Source of the DNA: an uncultured Acidobacteriota bacterium | GTDB taxonomy: Bacteria > Acidobacteriota > JAQAZP01 | Direction: 5' to 3' | Assembly: GCA_963836075.1 (NCBI GenBank) | Contig: CAWIIB010000001.1 | Coordinates: 2,176,001 to 2,240,000 of the forward strand | Length of the DNA stretch: 64,000 bases | In this document: in pieces, positions 62,085-64,000 of the stretch | Numbering within the stretch: the stretch's first letter is position 1 | Layout: every line of letters starts with the position of its first letter | Made by a program: the position numbers and the translations under genes | Notes under the pieces: model-generated | Told to the model about the DNA's origin: nothing | Seen by the model: the letters and a program-made list of their open reading frames with translations, nothing else | The model's database searches: none

Positions 62085-63848
62085 ATGTTGCGTAGTATTC
62101 AGATCCTGGTGCTGACCCTGCTGGCATTGTTCCTCCTCGCTGATGTCTCCTCAGCCACTGATGTCTCGACCACCGTGCAGCAGGAGGAGGCCGGGGCCGT
62201 CCAGCCGGCCGTACGGCTCGATGACGGGCCATCGTCGGGTCCCTGCGACCCGGTGGCGGCGCTGATGGGCGGGAGCCGGACGGCAGCGATCCTCTGGCAC
62301 AGGAACCATGAAGACGCTATCTACACCTCCACGGGTCTCAGTGGGGCCGCAGAGATGGCCTTTGCCGGAACGTATCTCAATCCGCCGATGCATGCCGAAG
62401 CCACGCCGCTTGCGGGCGACGGTACGCCTGATTGGACATCTGGCGGGAACCATGTTTTTGTGGACGCCTCGCGCGACGGCCAGGTGCTCGCCGCGGTGGA
62501 CTTTTACGATGCCGAGTCACGGGCCGTGATTTCGGAATGGCGCCCCGGCTCCTCCACACCCCTCTGGACCTATGAGGTCTCCCCCTGCCGCTCGCTGGTC
62601 TACGGCGGGTGGGCCAGCCGCAAACCGATCCAGGTCTCCGACGACGGCTCGACCATTGCGGTGGCCCTGGTCAAGACGCCCGGTGGCAGCGACCTGGGCC
62701 ATCTCTATGTCTTCGAAGCCGGCAGTGGCACCCCGGTGGTCGACTGGGATTTCCCCACCGGCAACGTCGTGGCCATGGACATGACCCCCGGGGGTGAATA
62801 CATCGCCATGGCCGGATGGCCCAACGTCCACGTCTACGATCGTGTCGGCGACACCCTCCGCTGGAGCGGTCCAATTTACAGCGGCAACGACGCACTTTGC
62901 ATCTCCGCCGACGGGCAGTATCTGGCCTGGGGCTGGACCACACTGAGGGTGCTGCAGTGGAGCGGTTCGAGCTACGACTCCTTCTGGACCTACAGCCCGG
63001 GCAGCGGTTACTACCTGGGGCAGTGCGCCTTCTCACCGGACGGGACCTTGCTCGCGCTCGCTTTCGACAATGGCAGCACATCGCCCAACGAAGTCTGGGT
63101 CGAACTCCACGGGATGCCGACCCTCGATCTTCTCTGGGACTACGACTATGTGAGTGCGCCCCGCGAACCTTTTGTGCCGGCCGGTGATCAGAGAGACGGG
63201 TCGCAGCGCGACCCGACAGACATAACGTCCCAGATGTTCTTCTCCCCGGACAGCGAGCACTTCGCCATCTCCTCCTGGGGAGACACATTCCCCGAGGTCC
63301 ACGTCTTCGAACGGTCTTCAGCGGTGCCGGTCTTCACCCTCGACACTCCCGGTTCGATGTACGACGTGAACATCGCCCCGGGCGCCGGAGGCGTCACCTA
63401 CGTTGTCGCCTGCGGCAAGGGTGTGCATGCCGGCATATCGGGGCGGGGCGGCGACCTCTACGCCATCGGCATCAGCAGTTCCACCGTGGCTGCCGACCTG
63501 GCCTGTCTACCCTCATCGGGGACGGTGCCTTTTACGACCGCAATGACGGTGACCCTGACCAATCTCTATCCGGACCAGACCCGCCGCTTTGCCGGCCGCA
63601 TCGACGTCAAACTGGCCGGCGGTGGTCAATTCCCCAGCTGGCGGGCGGGTTACACCAATGTTGCCGCAGGTGAAAGCTACGTCACCACCTGGAACCAGAA
63701 TATCCCGGGCATTGGCACTCTGATCGGAGACAACCTTTTCTCGCTGCAAACCGAGGACGTGACTCCCGCACCATTTAACCAGCCGCCGTATCCACCGGCG
63801 GGTGACACAGACAAGACGGCATGTACGGTAACGGGGATAGCGCCGTAA
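62085..63848 (+). CDS. Secreted WD40/YVTN-like beta-propeller protein with the shared C-terminal domain
   Basis: ATG 62085 follows AGGAGG; signal peptide; blade motifs ASRDGQVLA, VSDDGSTIA, MTPGGEYIA, ISADGQYLA, FSPDGTLLA, FSPDSEHFA. Confidence 0.88.
   Translation: MLRSIQILVLTLLALFLLADVSSATDVSTTVQQEEAGAVQPAVRLDDGPSSGPCDPVAALMGGSRTAAILWHRNHEDAIYTSTGLSGAAEMAFAGTYLNPPMHAEATPLAGDGTPDWTSGGNHVFVDASRDGQVLAAVDFYDAESRAVISEWRPGSSTPLWTYEVSPCRSLVYGGWASRKPIQVSDDGSTIAVALVKTPGGSDLGHLYVFEAGSGTPVVDWDFPTGNVVAMDMTPGGEYIAMAGWPNVHVYDRVGDTLRWSGPIYSGNDALCISADGQYLAWGWTTLRVLQWSGSSYDSFWTYSPGSGYYLGQCAFSPDGTLLALAFDNGSTSPNEVWVELHGMPTLDLLWDYDYVSAPREPFVPAGDQRDGSQRDPTDITSQMFFSPDSEHFAISSWGDTFPEVHVFERSSAVPVFTLDTPGSMYDVNIAPGAGGVTYVVACGKGVHAGISGRGGDLYAIGISSSTVAADLACLPSSGTVPFTTAMTVTLTNLYPDQTRRFAGRIDVKLAGGGQFPSWRAGYTNVAAGESYVTTWNQNIPGIGTLIGDNLFSLQTEDVTPAPFNQPPYPPAGDTDKTACTVTGIAP
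63483..63848 (+). repeat. Shared ~120-aa C-terminal domain, copy 6
   Basis: TVAADLACLPSSGTVPF...WRAGYTN...GDNLF...DVTPAPFNQPPYPPAGDTDKTACTVTGIAP-stop. Confidence 0.95.
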
Positions 63849-64000
63849 AGTGAGAACGCCGTCATTGCAGACTGTGCTGGCGAGCCGGCGAAGATCGTTC
63901 GGAGAGATATTCACTGCCGTGGGGTCAGGATAGACGGTCAGTCCTCTTCCTTGTCCCGCCCCTTCCCCTCCCCCAGCTGGCGCACCTGCCAGTCCAGTTT

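Noticed and set aside
63483-63848. Shared C-terminal domain as a known sorting signal (LPXTG, PEP-CTERM, T9SS CTD, autotransporter barrel, SLH, dockerin)
   Set aside because: It has no C-terminal TM helix or basic tail, no YPNP/GxY/terminal-K T9SS motifs, is too short for a barrel and lacks a terminal aromatic residue, and has no EF-hand-like dockerin repeat. A database search is still needed.
58799-63904. 14-bp direct repeat AAGATCGTTCGGAG at 58799 and 63891, flanking two tagged genes
   Set aside because: Several exact 14-mer pairs are expected by chance in 64 kb, the flanks do not extend the match, and no recombinase is nearby.

Overview
GC-rich bacterial window. The split atpZ-I-B-E F0 operon and the style of the GspE/GspF proteins suggest Acidobacteriota or a related lineage (inference). 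The left part (1-28.6 kb) is mostly housekeeping: a gspE/pilB-gspF/pilC pair preceded by an ECF sigma/anti-sigma pair, lon, nrdR, mpl, atpZIBE, a YfhO-like glycosyltransferase, an SLT, gap-pgk-tpiA-secG and tRNA-Leu(GAG). The middle (30-43.6 kb) holds a phosphotransferase, a ferritin-like protein, DUF4332, a HerA/DUF87-like ATPase, another ECF system, a radical SAM/SPASM enzyme, a TPR-CHAT protease, wecB and a GT2. The right part (43.7-64 kb) is a visibly less GC-rich cluster of large secreted repeat proteins around an ECF43-type sigma / Ser-Thr kinase pair and an internally deleted IS. Main discovery: six signal-peptide proteins with unrelated passengers (FG-GAP propellers, parallel beta-helices, BNR/WD-like propellers) all end in the same ~120-aa domain, with motifs AxLxCxPxxGxxPF...WRAGYT...GxNxF...DVTPxPYNQPPYPPxGD...CTVTGIAP-stop. 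A seventh, divergent copy ends a secreted metalloprotease. I do not recognise this domain; it behaves like a C-terminal sorting, anchoring or assembly tag of an undescribed surface-protein system. Two of these genes share a promoter-proximal leader motif. Separately, an ECF promoter motif (GTGACTTTTC-N10-CTGTC) recurs upstream of two loci. Several frameshifts look like consensus indel errors. No CRISPR array or rRNA was seen.
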